Shown one piece after another: positions 38,801-51,871 of a DNA stretch of 64,000 nt. Each line of letters begins with the position of its first letter. Positions within the stretch are counted from its first letter, which is position 1. The position numbers and the translations under genes were made by a program. A model generated the notes under the pieces. The model made no database searches, was not told where the DNA came from, and saw only the letters and a program-made list of their open reading frames with translations. Source of the stretch: Eledone cirrhosa (lineage: Eukaryota); contig OZ024740.1 in the NCBI GenBank assembly GCA_964016885.1, forward strand, positions 291,276,001 through 291,340,000, in the 5' to 3' direction.

Positions 38801-41800
38801 AGGTGGGGGGAGGCTACTAAGGGTGGAATAACTACAGGAGGAGGGAGGCTAGTAAGGGTGGAATAACTACAGGTGGAAGGAGGCTAGTGAGGGTGGAATA
38901 ACTACAGGTGGAAGGAGGCTAGTAAGGGTGGAATAACTACAGGTGGAAGGAGGCTAGTAAGGGTGGAATAACTACAGGTGGAAGGAGGCTAGTAAGGGTG
39001 GAATAACTACAGGTGGAAGGAGGCTAGTAAGGGTGGAATAACTACAGGTGGAAGGAGGCTAGTAAGTGTGGAATAACTACAGGTGGAAGGAGGCTAGTAA
39101 GGGTGGAATAACTACAGGTGGAAGGAGGCTAGTAAGGGTGGAATAACTACAGGAGGAGGGAGGCTAGTAAGGGTGGAATAACTACAGGTAGAGGGAGGCT
39201 AGTAAGGGTGGAATAACTACAGGTGGAAGGAGGCTAGTAAGGGTGGAATAACTACAGGTGGAAGGAGGCTAGTAAGGGTGGAATAACTACAGGTGGAAGG
39301 AGGCTAGTAAGGGTGGAATAACTACAGGTGGAGGGAGGCTAGTAAGGGTGGAATAACTACAGGTGGAAGGAGGCTAGTAAGGGTGGAATAACTACAGGTG
39401 GAAGGAGGCTAGTAAGGGTGGAATAACTACAGGTGGAAGGAGGCTAGTAAGGGTGGAATAACTACAGGTAGAAGGAGGCTAGTAAGGGTGGAATAACTAC
39501 AAGAGGAGGGAGGCTAGTAAGGGTGGAATAACTACAGGAGGAGGGAGGCTAGTAAGGGTGGAATAACTACAGGTGGAAGGAGGCTAGTAAGGGTGGAATA
39601 ACTACAGGAGGAGGGAGGCTAGTAAGGGTGGAATAAGTACAGGTAGAGGGAGGCTAGTAAGGGTGGAATAACTACAGGTGGAAGGAGGCTAGTAAGGGTG
39701 GAATAACTACAGGTGGAAGGAGGCTAGTAAGGGTAGAATAACTACAGGAGGAGGGAGGCTAGTAAGGGTGGAATAACTACAGGAGGAGGGGGTAGAAAGG
39801 GTGGAATAACTACAGGTAGAGGGAGGCTAGTAAGGGTGGAATAACTACAGGTGGAGGGGGTAGAAAGGGTGGAATAACTACAGGAGGAGGGAGGCTACTA
39901 AGGGTGGAATAACTACAGGAGGAGGGGGTAGAAAGGGTGGAATAACTACAGGTGGAGGGAGGCTACTAAGGGTGGAATAACTACAGGAGGAGGGAGGCTA
40001 CTAAGGGTGGAATAACTACAGGAGGAGGGAGGCTACTAAGGGTGGAATAACTACAGGAGGAGGGAGGCTACTAAGGGTGGAATAACTACAGGTGGAGGGA
40101 GGCTAGTAAGGGTGGAATAACTACAGGTGGAGGGAGGCTACTAAGGGTGGAATAACTACAGGAGGAGGGAGGCTAGTAAGGGTGGAATAACTACAGGAGG
40201 AGGGAGGCTACTAAGGGTGGAATAACTACAGGAGGAGGGAGGCTACTAAGGGTGGAATAACTACAGGTGGAGGGAGGCTAGTAAGGGTGGAATAACTACA
40301 GGAGGAGGGGGTAGAAAGGGTGGAATAACTACAGGTGGAGGGAGGCTACTAAGGGTGGAATAACTACAGGAGGAGGGAGGCTAGTAAGGGTGGAATAACT
40401 ACAGGAGGAGGGAGGCTACTAAGGGTGGAATAACTACAGGAGGAGGGAGGCTACTAAGGGTGGAATAACTACAGGAGGAGGGAGGCTACTAAGGGTGGAA
40501 TAACTACAGGAGGAGGGGGTATAAAGGGTGGAATAACTACAGGTGGAGGGAGGCTACTAAGGGTGGAATAACTACAGGAGGAGGGAGGCTAGTAAGGGTG
40601 GAATAACTACAGGAGGAGGGAGGCTACTAAGGGTGGAATAACTACAGGAGGAGGGAGGCTACTAAGGGTGGAATAACTACAGGTGGAGGGAGGCTAGTAA
40701 GGGTGGAATAACTACAGGAGGAGGGAGGCTAGTAAGGGTGGAATAACTACAGGTAGAAGGAGGCTAGTAAGGGTGGAATAACTACAGGTGGAAGGAGGTT
40801 AGTAAGGGTGGAATAACTACAGGTGGAAGGAGGCTAGTAAGGGTGGAATAACTACAGGTGGAAGGAGGCTAGAAAGGGGGGAATAACTACAGGTGGAAGG
40901 AGGCTAGTAAGGGTGGAATAACTACAGGTAGAGGGAGGCTAGTAAGGGTGGAATAACTACAGGTGGAAGGAGGTTAGTAAGGGTGGAATAACTACAGGAG
41001 GAGGGAGGCTAGTAAGGGTGGAATAACTACAGGTGGGGGGAGGCTACTAAGGGTGGAATAACTACAGGAGGAGGGAGGCTAGTAAGGGTGGAATAACTAC
41101 AGGTGGAAGGAGGCTAGTAAGGGTGGAATAACTACAGGTGGAAGGAGGCTAGTAAGGGTGGAATAACTACAGGTGGAAGTAGGCTAGTAAGGGTGGAATA
41201 ACTACAGGTGGAAGGAGGCTAGTAAGGGTGGAATAACTACAGGAGGAGGGAGGCTAGTAAGGGTGGAATAACTACAGGTGGAAGGAGGCTAGTAAGGGTG
41301 GAATAACTACAGGAGGAGGGAGGCTAGTAAGGGTGGAATAACTACAGGTGGGGGGAGGCTACTAAGGGTGGAATAACTACAGGAGGAGGGAGGCTAGTGA
41401 GGGTGGAATAACTACAGGTGGAAGGAGGCTAGTAAGGGTGGAATAACTACAGGTGGAAGGAGGCTAGTAAGGGTGGAATAACTACAGGTGGAAGGAGGCT
41501 AGTAAGGGTGGAATAACTACAGGTGGAAGGAGGCTAGTAAGGGTGGAATAACTACAGGTGGAAGGAGGCTAGTAAGTGTGGAATAACTACAGGTGGAAGG
41601 AGGCTAGTAAGGGTGGAATAACTACAGGTGGAGGGAGGCTAGTAAGGGTGGAATAACTACAGGTGGAAGGAGGCTAGTAAGGGTGGAATAACTACAGGTG
41701 GAAGGAGGCTAGTAAGGGTGGAATAACTACAGGAGGAGGGAGGCTAGTAAGGGTGGAATAACTACAGGTAGAGGGAGGCTAGTAAGGGTGGAATAACTAC

Positions 41801-44800
41801 AGGTGGAAGGAGGCTAGTAAGGGTGGAATAACTACAGGTGGAAGGAGGCTAGTAAGGGTGGAATAACTACAGGTAGAGGGAGGCTAGTAAGGGTGGAATA
41901 ACTACAGGTGGAGGGAGGCTAGTAAGGGTGGAATAACTACAGGTAGAGGGAGGCTAGTAAGGGTGGAATAACTACAGGTGGAAGGAGGCTAGTAAGGGTG
42001 GAATAACTACAGGTAGAAGGAGGCTAGTAAGGGTGGAATAACTACAAGAGGAGGGAGGCTAGTAAGGGTGGAATAACTACAGGAGGAGGGAGGCTAGTAA
42101 GGGTGGAATAACTACATGTGGAAGGAGGCTAGTAAGGGTGGAATAACTACAGGTGGAAGGAGGCTAGTAAGGGTGGAATAACTACAGGTAGAAGGAGGCT
42201 AGTAAGGGTGGAATAACTACAAGAGAAGGGAGGCTAGTAAGGGTGGAATAACTACAGGAGGAGGGAGGCTAGTAAGGGTGGAATAACTACAGGAGGAGGG
42301 AGGCTAGTAAGGGTGGAATAAGTACAGGTAGAGGGAGGCTAGTAAGGGTGGAATAACTACAGGTGGAAGGAGGCTAGTAAGGGTGGAATAACTACAGGTG
42401 GAAGGAGGCTAGTAAGGGTGGAATAACTACAGGAGGAGGGAGGCTAGTAAGGGTGGAATAACTACATGAGGAGGGGGTAGAAAGGGTGGAATAACTACAG
42501 GTAGAGGGAGGCTAGTAAGGGTGGAATAACTACAGGAGGAGGGGGTAGAAAGGGTGGAATAACTACAGGTGGAGGGAGGCTACTAAGGGTGGAATAACTA
42601 CAGGAGGAGGGAGGCTACTAAGGGTGGAATAACTACAGGTGGAGGGAGGCTAGTAAGGGTGGAATAACTACAGGTGGAAGGAGGCTAGTAAGGGTGGCAT
42701 AACTACAGGAGGAGGGAGGCTACTAAGGGTGGAATAACTACAGGAGGAGGGAGGCTACTAAGGGTGGAATAACTACAGGTGGAGGGAGGCTAGTAAGGGT
42801 GGAATAACTACAGGTGGAAGGAGACTAGTAAGGGTGGAATAACTACAGGTGGAGGGAGGCTACTAAGGGTGGAATAACTACAGGTGGAGGGAGGCTACTA
42901 AGGATGGAATAACTACAGGTGGAGGGAGGCTAGTAAGGGTGGAATAACTACAGGTGGAGGGAGGCTAGTAAGGGTGGAATAACTACAGGAGGAGGGAGGC
43001 TACTAAGGGTGGAATAACTACAGGTGGAGGGAGGCTAGTAAGGGTGGAATAACTACAGGTGGAGGGAGGCTAGTAAGGGTGGAATAACTACAGGTGGAAG
43101 GAGGCTAGTAAGGGTGGAATAACTACAGGAGGATGAGGCTAGTAAGGGTGGAATAACTACAGGAGGAGGGAGGCTAGTAAGGGTGGAATAACTACAGGTG
43201 GAGGGAGGCTAGTAAGGGTGGAATAACTACAGGAGGAGGGAGGCTAGTAAGGGTGGAATAACTACAGGAGGAGGGAGGCTAGTAAGGGTGGCATAACTAC
43301 AGGAGGAGGGGGTAGAAAGGGTGGAATAACTACAGGTGGAGGGAGGCTAGTAAGGGTGGAATAACTACAGGTGGAGGGAGGCTAGTAAGGGTGGAATAAC
43401 TACAGGTGGAGGGAGGCTAGTAAGGGTGGAATAACTACAGGAGGAGGGAGGCTACTAAGGGTGGAATAACTACAGGAGGAGGGAGGCTACTAAGGGTGGA
43501 ATAACTACAGGTGGAAGGAGGCTAGTAAGGGTGGAATAACTACAGGTGGAGGGAGGCTAGTAAGGGTGGAATAACTACAGGTGGAGGGAGGCTAGTAAGG
43601 GTGGAATAACTACAGGTGGAGGGAGGCTAGTAAGGGTGGAATAACTACAGGTGGAAGGAGACTAGTAAGGGTGGAATAACTACAGGTGGAAGGAGGCTAG
43701 TAAGGGTGGCATAACTACAGGTGGAGGGAGGCTAGTAAGGGTGGAATAACTACAGGTGGAGGGAGGCTACTAAGGGTGGAATAACTACAGGAGGAGGGAG
43801 GCTAGTAAGGGTGGAATAACTACAGGTGGAGGGAGGCTAGTAAGGGTGGAATAACTACAGGTGGAAGGAGGCTAGTAAAGGTGGAATAACTACAGGTGGA
43901 AGGAGGCTAGTAAGGGTGGAATAACTACAGGAGGAGGGAGGCTAGTAAGGGTGGAATAACTACAGGAGGAGGGGGTAGAAAGGGTGGAATAACTACAGGT
44001 AGAGGGAGGCTAGTAAGGGTGGAATAACTACAGGAGGAGGGGGTAGAAAGGGTGGAATAACTACAGGTGGGGGGAGGCTACTAAGGGTGGAATAACTACA
44101 GGAGGAGGGAGGCTAGTAAGGGTGGCATAACTACAGGTGGAAGGAGGTTAGTAAGGGTGGAATAACTACAGGAGGAGGGAGGCTAGTAAGGGTGGAATAA
44201 CTACAGGTGGGGGGAGGCTACTAAGGGTGGAATAACTACAGGTGGAGGGAGGCTAGTAAGGGTGGCATAACTACAGGTGGAAGGAGGTTAGTAAGGGTGG
44301 AATAACTACAGGAGGAGGGAGGCTAGTAAGGGTGGAATAACTACAGGTGGGGGGAGGCTACTAAGGGTGGAATAACTACAGGAGGAGGGGGTAGAAAGGG
44401 TGGAATAACTACAGGTGGAGGGAGGCTAGTAAGGGTGGAATAACTACAGGTGGAAGGAGGTTAGTAAGGGTGGAATAACTACAGGAGGAGGGAGGCTAGT
44501 AAGGGTGGAATAACTACAGGAGGAGGGAGGCTACTAAGGGTGGAATAACTACAGGAGGAGGGAGGCTAGTAGGGGTGGCATAACTACAGGTGGAAGGAGG
44601 CTAGTAAGGGTGGAATAACTACAGGTGGAAGGAGGCTACTAAGGGTGGAATAACTACAGGTGGAGGGAGGCTAGTAAGGGTGGAATAACTACAGGTGGAA
44701 GGAGGTTAGTAAGGGTGGAATAACTACAGGAGGAGGGAGGCTAGTAAGGGTGGAATAACTACAGGTGGGGGGAGGCTACTAAGGGTGGAATAACTACAGG

Positions 44801-47800
44801 AGGAGGGGGTAGAAAGGGTGGAATAACTACAGGTGGAGGGAGGCTACTAAGGGTGGAATAACTACAGGAGGAGGGAGGCTAGTAAGGGTGGCATAACTAC
44901 AGGTGGAAGGAGGTTAGTAAGGGTGGAATAACTACAGGAGGAGGGAGGCTAGTAAGGGTGGAATAACTACAGGAGGAGGGAGGCTACTAAGGGTGGAATA
45001 ACTACAGGAGGAGGGAGGCTAGTAGGGGTGGCATAACTACAGGTGGAAGGAGGCTAGTAAGGGTGGAATAACTACAGGTGGAAGGAGGCTACTAAGGGTG
45101 GAATAACTACAGGTGGAAGGAGGCTAGTAAGGGTGGAATAACTACAGGTGGAAGGAGGCTAGTAAGGGTGGAATAACTACAGGTGGAAGGAGGCTACTAA
45201 GGGTGGAATAACTGCAGGTGGAGGGAGGCTACTAAGGGTGGAATAACTACAGGTAGAGGGAGGCTAGTAAGGGTGGAATAACTACAGGTGTAAGGAGGCT
45301 AGTAAGTGTGGAATAACTACAGGTGGGGGAGGCTACTAAGGGTGGAATAACTACAGGTGGAGGGAGGCTAGTAAGGGTGGAATAACTACAGGTGGGGGGA
45401 GGCTAGTAAGGGTGGAATAACTACAGGTGGGGGAGGCTACTAAGGGTGGAATAACTACAGGTAGAGGGAGGCTAGTAAGGGTGGAATAACTACAGGTGGA
45501 GGGAGGCTAGTAAGGGTGGAATAACTACAGGTGGAAGGAGGCTAGTAAGTGTGGAATAACTACAGGTAGAGGGAGGCTAGTAAGGGTGGAATAACTACAG
45601 GTGGAGGGAGGCTACTAAGGGTGGAATAACTACAGGTGGAGGGAGGCTAGTAAGGGTGGAATAACTACAGGTGGAGGGAGGCTAGTAAGGGTGGAATAAC
45701 TACAGGTGGAGGGAGGCTACTAAGGGTGGAATAACTACAGGTGGAGGGAGGCTAGTAAGGGTGGAATAACTACAGGAGGAGGGGGTAGAAAGGGTGGAAT
45801 AACTACAGGAGGAGGGAGGCTACTAAGGGTGGAATAACTACAGGTGGAAGGAGGCTAGTAAGTGTGGAATAACTACAGGTGGAGGGAGGCTACTAAGGGT
45901 GGAATAACTACAGGAGGAGGGAGGCTAGTAAGTGTGGAATAACTACAGGTGGAGGGAGGCTACTAAGGGTGGAATAACTACAGGAGGAGGGAGGCTAGTA
46001 AGGGTGGAATAACTACAGGTGGAGGGAGGCTACTAAGGGTGGAATAACTACAGGAGGAGGGAGGCTAGTAAGTGTGGAATAACTACAGGTGGAGGGAGGC
46101 TAGTAAGGGTGGAATAACTACAGGTGGAGGGAGGCTACTAAGGGTGGAATAACTACAGGAGGAGGGAGGCTAGTAAGGGTGGAATAACTACAGGTGGAGG
46201 GAGGCTACTAAGGGTGGAATAACTACAGGAGGAGGGAGGCTAGTAAGTGTGGAATAACTACAGGTGGAGGGAGGCTACTAAGGGTGGAATAACTACAGGA
46301 GGAGGGAGGCTACTAAGGGTGGAATAACTACAGGTGGAGGGAGGCTAGTAAGAGTGGAATAACTACAGGTGGAAGGAGGCTAGTAAGGGTGGCATAACTA
46401 CAGGTGGAGGGAGGCTACTAAGGGTGGAATAACTACAGGTGGAGGGCGGCTAGTAAGGGTGGAATAACTACAGGAGGAGGGGGTAGAAAGGGTGGAATAA
46501 CTACAGGAGGAGGGAGGCTACTAAGGGTGGAATAACTACAGGTGGAGGGAGGCTAGTAAGGGTGGAATAACTACAGGTGGAGGGAGGCTACTAAGGGTGG
46601 AATAACTACAGGTGGAGGGAGGCTAGTAAGGGTTGAATAACTACAGGTGGAGGGAGGCTACTAAGGGTGGCATAACTACAGGTAGAGGGAGGCTACTAAG
46701 GGTGGAATAACTACAGGTGGAGGGAGGCTAGTAAGGGTGGAATAACTACAGGTGGAGGGAGGCTACTAAGGGTGGAATAACTACAGGTGGAGGGAGGCTA
46801 GTAAGGGTGGAATAACTACAGGTGGAGGGAGGCTAGTAAGGGTGGAATAACTACAGGAGGAGGGAGGCTACTAAGGGTGGAATAACTACAGGTGGAGGGA
46901 GGCTACTAAGGGTGGAATAACTACAGGTGGAGGGAGGCTAGTAAGGGTGGAATAACTACAGGAGGAGGGAGGCTAGTAAGGGTAGAATAACTACAGGAGG
47001 ATGAGGCTAGTAAGGGTGGAATAACTACAGGAGGAGGGAGGCTAGTAAGGGTGGAATAACTACAGGAGGAGGGAGGCTAGTAAGGGTGGAATAACTACAG
47101 GTGGAGGGAGGCTAGTAAGGGTGGAATAACTACAGGAGGAGGGAGGCTAGTAAGGGTGGCATAACTACAGGAGGAGGGGGTAGAAAGGGTGGAATAACTA
47201 CAGGTGGAGGGAGGCTAGTAAGGGTGGAATAACTACAGGTGGAGGGCGGCTAGTAAGGGTGGAATAACTACAGGAGGAGGGAGGCTACTAAGGGTGGAAT
47301 AACTACAGGTAGAGGGAGGCTAGTAAGGGTGGAATAACTACAGGAGGAGGGAGGCTACTAAGGGTGGAATAACTACAGGTGGAGGGAGGCTAGTAAGGGT
47401 GGAATAACTACAGGTGGAAGGAGACTAGTAAGGGTGGAATAACTACAGGTGGAGGGAGGCTAGTAAGGGTGGAATAACTACAGGTGGAAGGAGGCTAGTA
47501 AGGGTGGAATAACTACAGGTGGAAGGAGGCTAGTAAGGGTGGAATAACTACAGGAGGAGGGTGGCTAGTAAGGGTGGAATAACTACAGGTAGAGGGAGGC
47601 TAGTAAGGGTGGAATAACTACAGGTGGAAGGAGGCTAGTAAGGGTGGAATAACTACAGGTGGAAGGAGGCTAGTAAGGGTGGAATAACTACAGGTGGAGG
47701 GAGGCTAGTAAGGGTGGAATAACTACAGGTGGAAGGAGGCTAGTAAGGGTGGAATAACTACAGGTGGAAGGAGGCTTGTAAGGGTGGAATAACTACAGGT

Positions 47801-49026
47801 GGAAGGAGGCTAGTAAGGGTGGAATAACTACAGGTGGAGGGAGGCTAGTAAGGGTGGAATAACTACAGGTGGAAGGAGGCTAGTAAGGGTGGAATAACTA
47901 CAGGTGGAAGGAGGCTAGTAAGGGTGGAATAACTACAGGTGGAAGGAGGCTAGTAAGGGTGGAATAACTACAGGTGGAAGGAGGCTAGTAAGGGTGGAAT
48001 AACTACAGGAGGAGGGAGGCTAGTAAGGGTGGAATAACTACAGGAGGAGGGAGGCTAGTAAGGGTGGAATAACTACAGGTGGAAGGAGGCTAGTAAGGGT
48101 GGAATAACTACAGGTGGAAGGAGGCTAGTAAGGGTGGAATAACTACAGGAGGAGGGAGGCTAGTAAGGGTGGAATAACTACAGGTAGAGGGAGGCTAGTA
48201 AGGGTGGAATAACTCCAGGTAGAGGGAGGCTAGTAAGGGTGGAATAACTACAGATAGAGGGAGGCTAGTAAGGGTGGAATAACTACAGGAGGAGGGGGTA
48301 GAAAGGGTGGAATAACTACAGGTAGAGGGAGGCTAGTAAGGGTGGAATAACTACAGGAGGAGGGAGGCTAGTAAGGGTGGCATAACTACAGGAGGAGGGG
48401 GTAGAAAGGGTGGAATAACTACAGGTGGAGGGAGGCTAGTAAGGGTGGAATAACTACAGGTGGAGGGAGGCTAGTAAGGGTGGAATAACTACAGGAGGAG
48501 GGAGGCTACTAAGGGTGGAATAACTACAGGAGGAGGGAGGCTACTAAGGGTGGAATAACTACAGGTGGAGGGAGGCTAATAAGGGTGGAATAACTACAGG
48601 AGGATGAGGCTAGTAAGGGTGGAATAACTACAGGAGGATGAGGCTAGTAAGGGTGGAATAACTACAGGAGGAGGGAGGCTAGTAAGGGTGGAATAACTAC
48701 AGGTGGAGGGAGGCTAGTAAGGGTGGAATAACTACAGGAGGAGGGAGGATAGTAGGGGTGGCATAACTACAGGAGGAGGGAGGCTAGTAAGGGTGGAATA
48801 ACTACAGGAGGAGGGGGTAGAAAGGGTGGAATAACTACAGGAGGAGGGAGGCTAGTAAGGGTGGCATAACTACAGGAGGAGGGAGGCTAGTAAGGGTGGA
48901 ATAACTACAGGGGGGGGGGGGGGCTAGAAAGGGTGGCATAACTACGGGGGGGGGGTAGAAAAGGTGGCATAATTACAGGAGGAGGGGGTAGAAAGGGTGG
49001 CATAACTACAGACAGAAGGAGGCTAG
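35841..49026. repeat. Large G-rich satellite, 35-bp unit (33/34-bp variants), about 13.2 kb, about 375-380 copies
   Basis: Unit AGTAAGGGTGGAATAACTACAGGTGGAAGGAGGCT. Confidence 0.98.
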
Positions 49027-49029
49027 ATC

Positions 49030-49610
49030 TTTTGGACGAAACACTCTTACAGTAATATCATGTCAATGACGGGGTTCTGACCTGGAAGAAGGTTAGATTT
49101 TATTTCCTCCCATTTAGGATTACAGCTGAAAGTGACCAAAAGATCTGGTTTTACATATGTCCCGACATATGTCATAGCATCTTGTGTTCGTTCGTGAATG
49201 TGTCAAAGACCACCTGCGAATGATGATGGCAGGATTATAAATTGCCCCATCTTTTCAATATCACCATCTGTCCTCAGAGCATCTTGGAGATGAACATAAT
49301 TTTCAGCCAATAACTTTTTTTTAATTGTTACGAAAGTAGAAGAGACACTCACTCTCAACTTTAGCATACATATAAACCAGGTATTGATGAAATAGATCAA
49401 GATACATATGTAATTGATTTAATTGTTCTGGTCTTAACATCAGTTTAGAATAGAAGTCATTTGATGACACCTTTTTGTTTGTAATTGGCTCTCCTATCGC
49501 AGGTTCAATCTATGGAATATTGAAATGATACGTGTCTTCTACATTCCACAAAATAAGAGGAAACTGGAGAGCATCCTAAGAGGGATGAGTCCCTGAAACA
49601 CGTTTAAGTT
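49030..49610 (-). mobile_element. Helitron Rep/helicase coding relic
   Basis: Minus strand: DALQFPLILW...TYHFNIP; YVHLQDALRTDG...IILPSSFAGG...QDAMTYV...KPDLL-VTF. These are Helitron Rep-region motifs. Confidence 0.85.
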
Positions 49611-50300
49611 ATGCCGCCCTTCCTAGCCTCCCTCCATCCGTAGTTATACCATTCTTTGAAACCTCCATCCATTGTTATGCCACCATCTCTAACCCTTTCT
49701 AGCATCCCTCTTTCCATAGTTATGCCACTCTTTGTAGCCTCACTTTGTCCGTAGTTACGCCACTTTTATAGCCTCCTTCTAACGGTAGTTATGCCACCCT
49801 TTCTAGCATCCCTCTTTCCGTACGGTGACACACTACGGCACTGGGAAGTTTCAGTGACACAGTATGGAAATATGGAACTAGGCTGTCTCAGTATGGCAAT
49901 GGGGAGATAGGGTGGCATAATACGGCACTTCAGAACTAGGGTGCCACACTGTGGCACTGCGGAGATAAAGTGGCATACTACGGAACTGGGGAGCTTCAGT
50001 GAGACAGTATGAAAATATGGATCTAGGGTGACCCCCCTATGGCAATGGGGAGATCGTGTGGAAAATATGGCTCTTTGGAGCTAGGGTGTTACACTATGGT
50101 ACTGCAGGGCTAGGGTGGCACAATATGGATTTGGGGAGCTTTAGTGACACTGTATGGAAATATGGAGTTAGGGTGAACCCCCATGGCAATGGGGAGATAG
50201 TGTGGATAAATATGGCACTGTAAAACTAGGGTGCTGCAATACGGCACTGCAGAACTAGGGTGGAATACTATGGCACTGGGAAGCTTGAGTGACACATCCC
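49606..50300. repeat. Degenerate tandem repeats, including inverted relatives of the 35-bp satellite monomer
   Basis: 49606-49820 reverse-complements to GGGTGGCATAACTACGGATGGAGGGAGGCTAG-like units. 49830-50295 repeats ATGGCAATGGGGAGATAG, also found at 35819-35842. Confidence 0.75.
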
Positions 50301-51639
50301 TTTCTCTATTTCTGGAGTAGAGTTAAGTGAGGGGTTAGTAACTCCTTCTAGAAGACGAGTCACACCATCCCTTACTCTGTTTCTGGAGTAAAGTACAAAT
50401 AAAAGTACTTTTACTGGTACTTTATTTTATCAACTCTGGAAGGATGAAAGGCAAAGTTGACCTAGGTGGGATTTGAACTCAGAGTGTAGAAAGTTATAAC
50501 TAAATACTGCAAATCATTTTGTCTGAGGCTTTACCAATACTGTTAATTCCCCACTCTTCCCTGGTAATGATTACTAATTTTGGCTCATGGGTGACGATTT
50601 TTGGAGGAAGGGAAAGTCGATTAAATCAACCCCAATACTTGACTGTTCCTATATTTTATCAACCACAGATATATGAAAGGTAAAGTTGACCTCAACAGGA
50701 TTTGAACTCGGAATTTAGAAAGTCATAACAAAATACTGTAAAGCATTTTATCCAACACTCTAACAATACTGCTGATCTACTGTCCTTCCTTAGTGCTAAG
50801 ATAATACCAACGTTTTTACAATGGATAAGAATTTCTAACTCTGGACATTTGGTCATCATAACTGCTTGTCAGGTATTCATATTTACATTAAACATAACCA
50901 TGAAACCAAAATATTCACTTCATAAATTATGTTTCTATAGTAATAAATTGCTATTTCTTATCAGGATTTCTTTGGGGGTATATGAGAAAGAAAGAGAGGG
51001 TGGTGTATGTGTGTAAGAGTGAAGGGATATATGTGTGTGTGAGAGAGAGAGAGAGTGAGTGTGTGTGACTATATCTGTGAAAGAGAGAGAGGGTGTGAGT
51101 GGGTATGTGTATGAGAGAGAGAGGGGGTGATTGTATGTGTGTGAAAGAGAGAGAGAGGGGGTATATGTGCGAGAGAGTGTGTGTATGTATGTCTGTGTGT
51201 GTATGTGTGTGTATATATATGTGTATATATATGTGTGTGTGTGTGTGTAAATGGTGATTCAAGAAGTGGAGAGAAAAGCAAGAAATCTTCATTTGTGTTA
51301 AAGACCAACACTGAGAGCAAAGAAGAAATTTTCAGCAAGGAACAAACAATAAATATTGAATGACTAGAGCAGTTACAACAGCATCCAGATTGTTGTGTTG
51401 GTAGTGTGGATAATGGAAGGAAACATTGTACTACTGAGTAAACCACAAAACCAGGATATTATTTGGTAACTTCAGTGCGGCTTAGGAAGAATTAGTGGAA
51501 GGGACTGAAATCATATATGTGTGTGTGTGTGTGTGTGTGTGTAAAAGTAATAACAAAGATAACAAAACAAACAGCACAATACATGGTGGAAGAAATATAT
51601 TTGTTTAATGCTTGAAGTAGTAGGAAGAGAGTCTTAATG

Positions 51640-51677
<38 letters not shown>

Positions 51678-51871
51678 CAGAGAGAGAGTCTGCAGTGCTG
51701 AGACCGGGAGATCACTAATCATGGGAGTACACAATGCATGGGGAGATGCAAAGTGGATATAAAGATATGTAAACTCCCGATCGCGACATCAAGCAGTTTT
51801 GGCTTGTGTATTCAGCAAGCCTTTTCAAGAATGTAGTAATATTTACGTATATATAAGTATATATATATATT

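Noticed and set aside
29453-49026. CRISPR-like appearance of the 34- and 35-bp arrays
   Set aside because: Units are contiguous with no unique spacers, there are no cas genes, and the context is eukaryotic.
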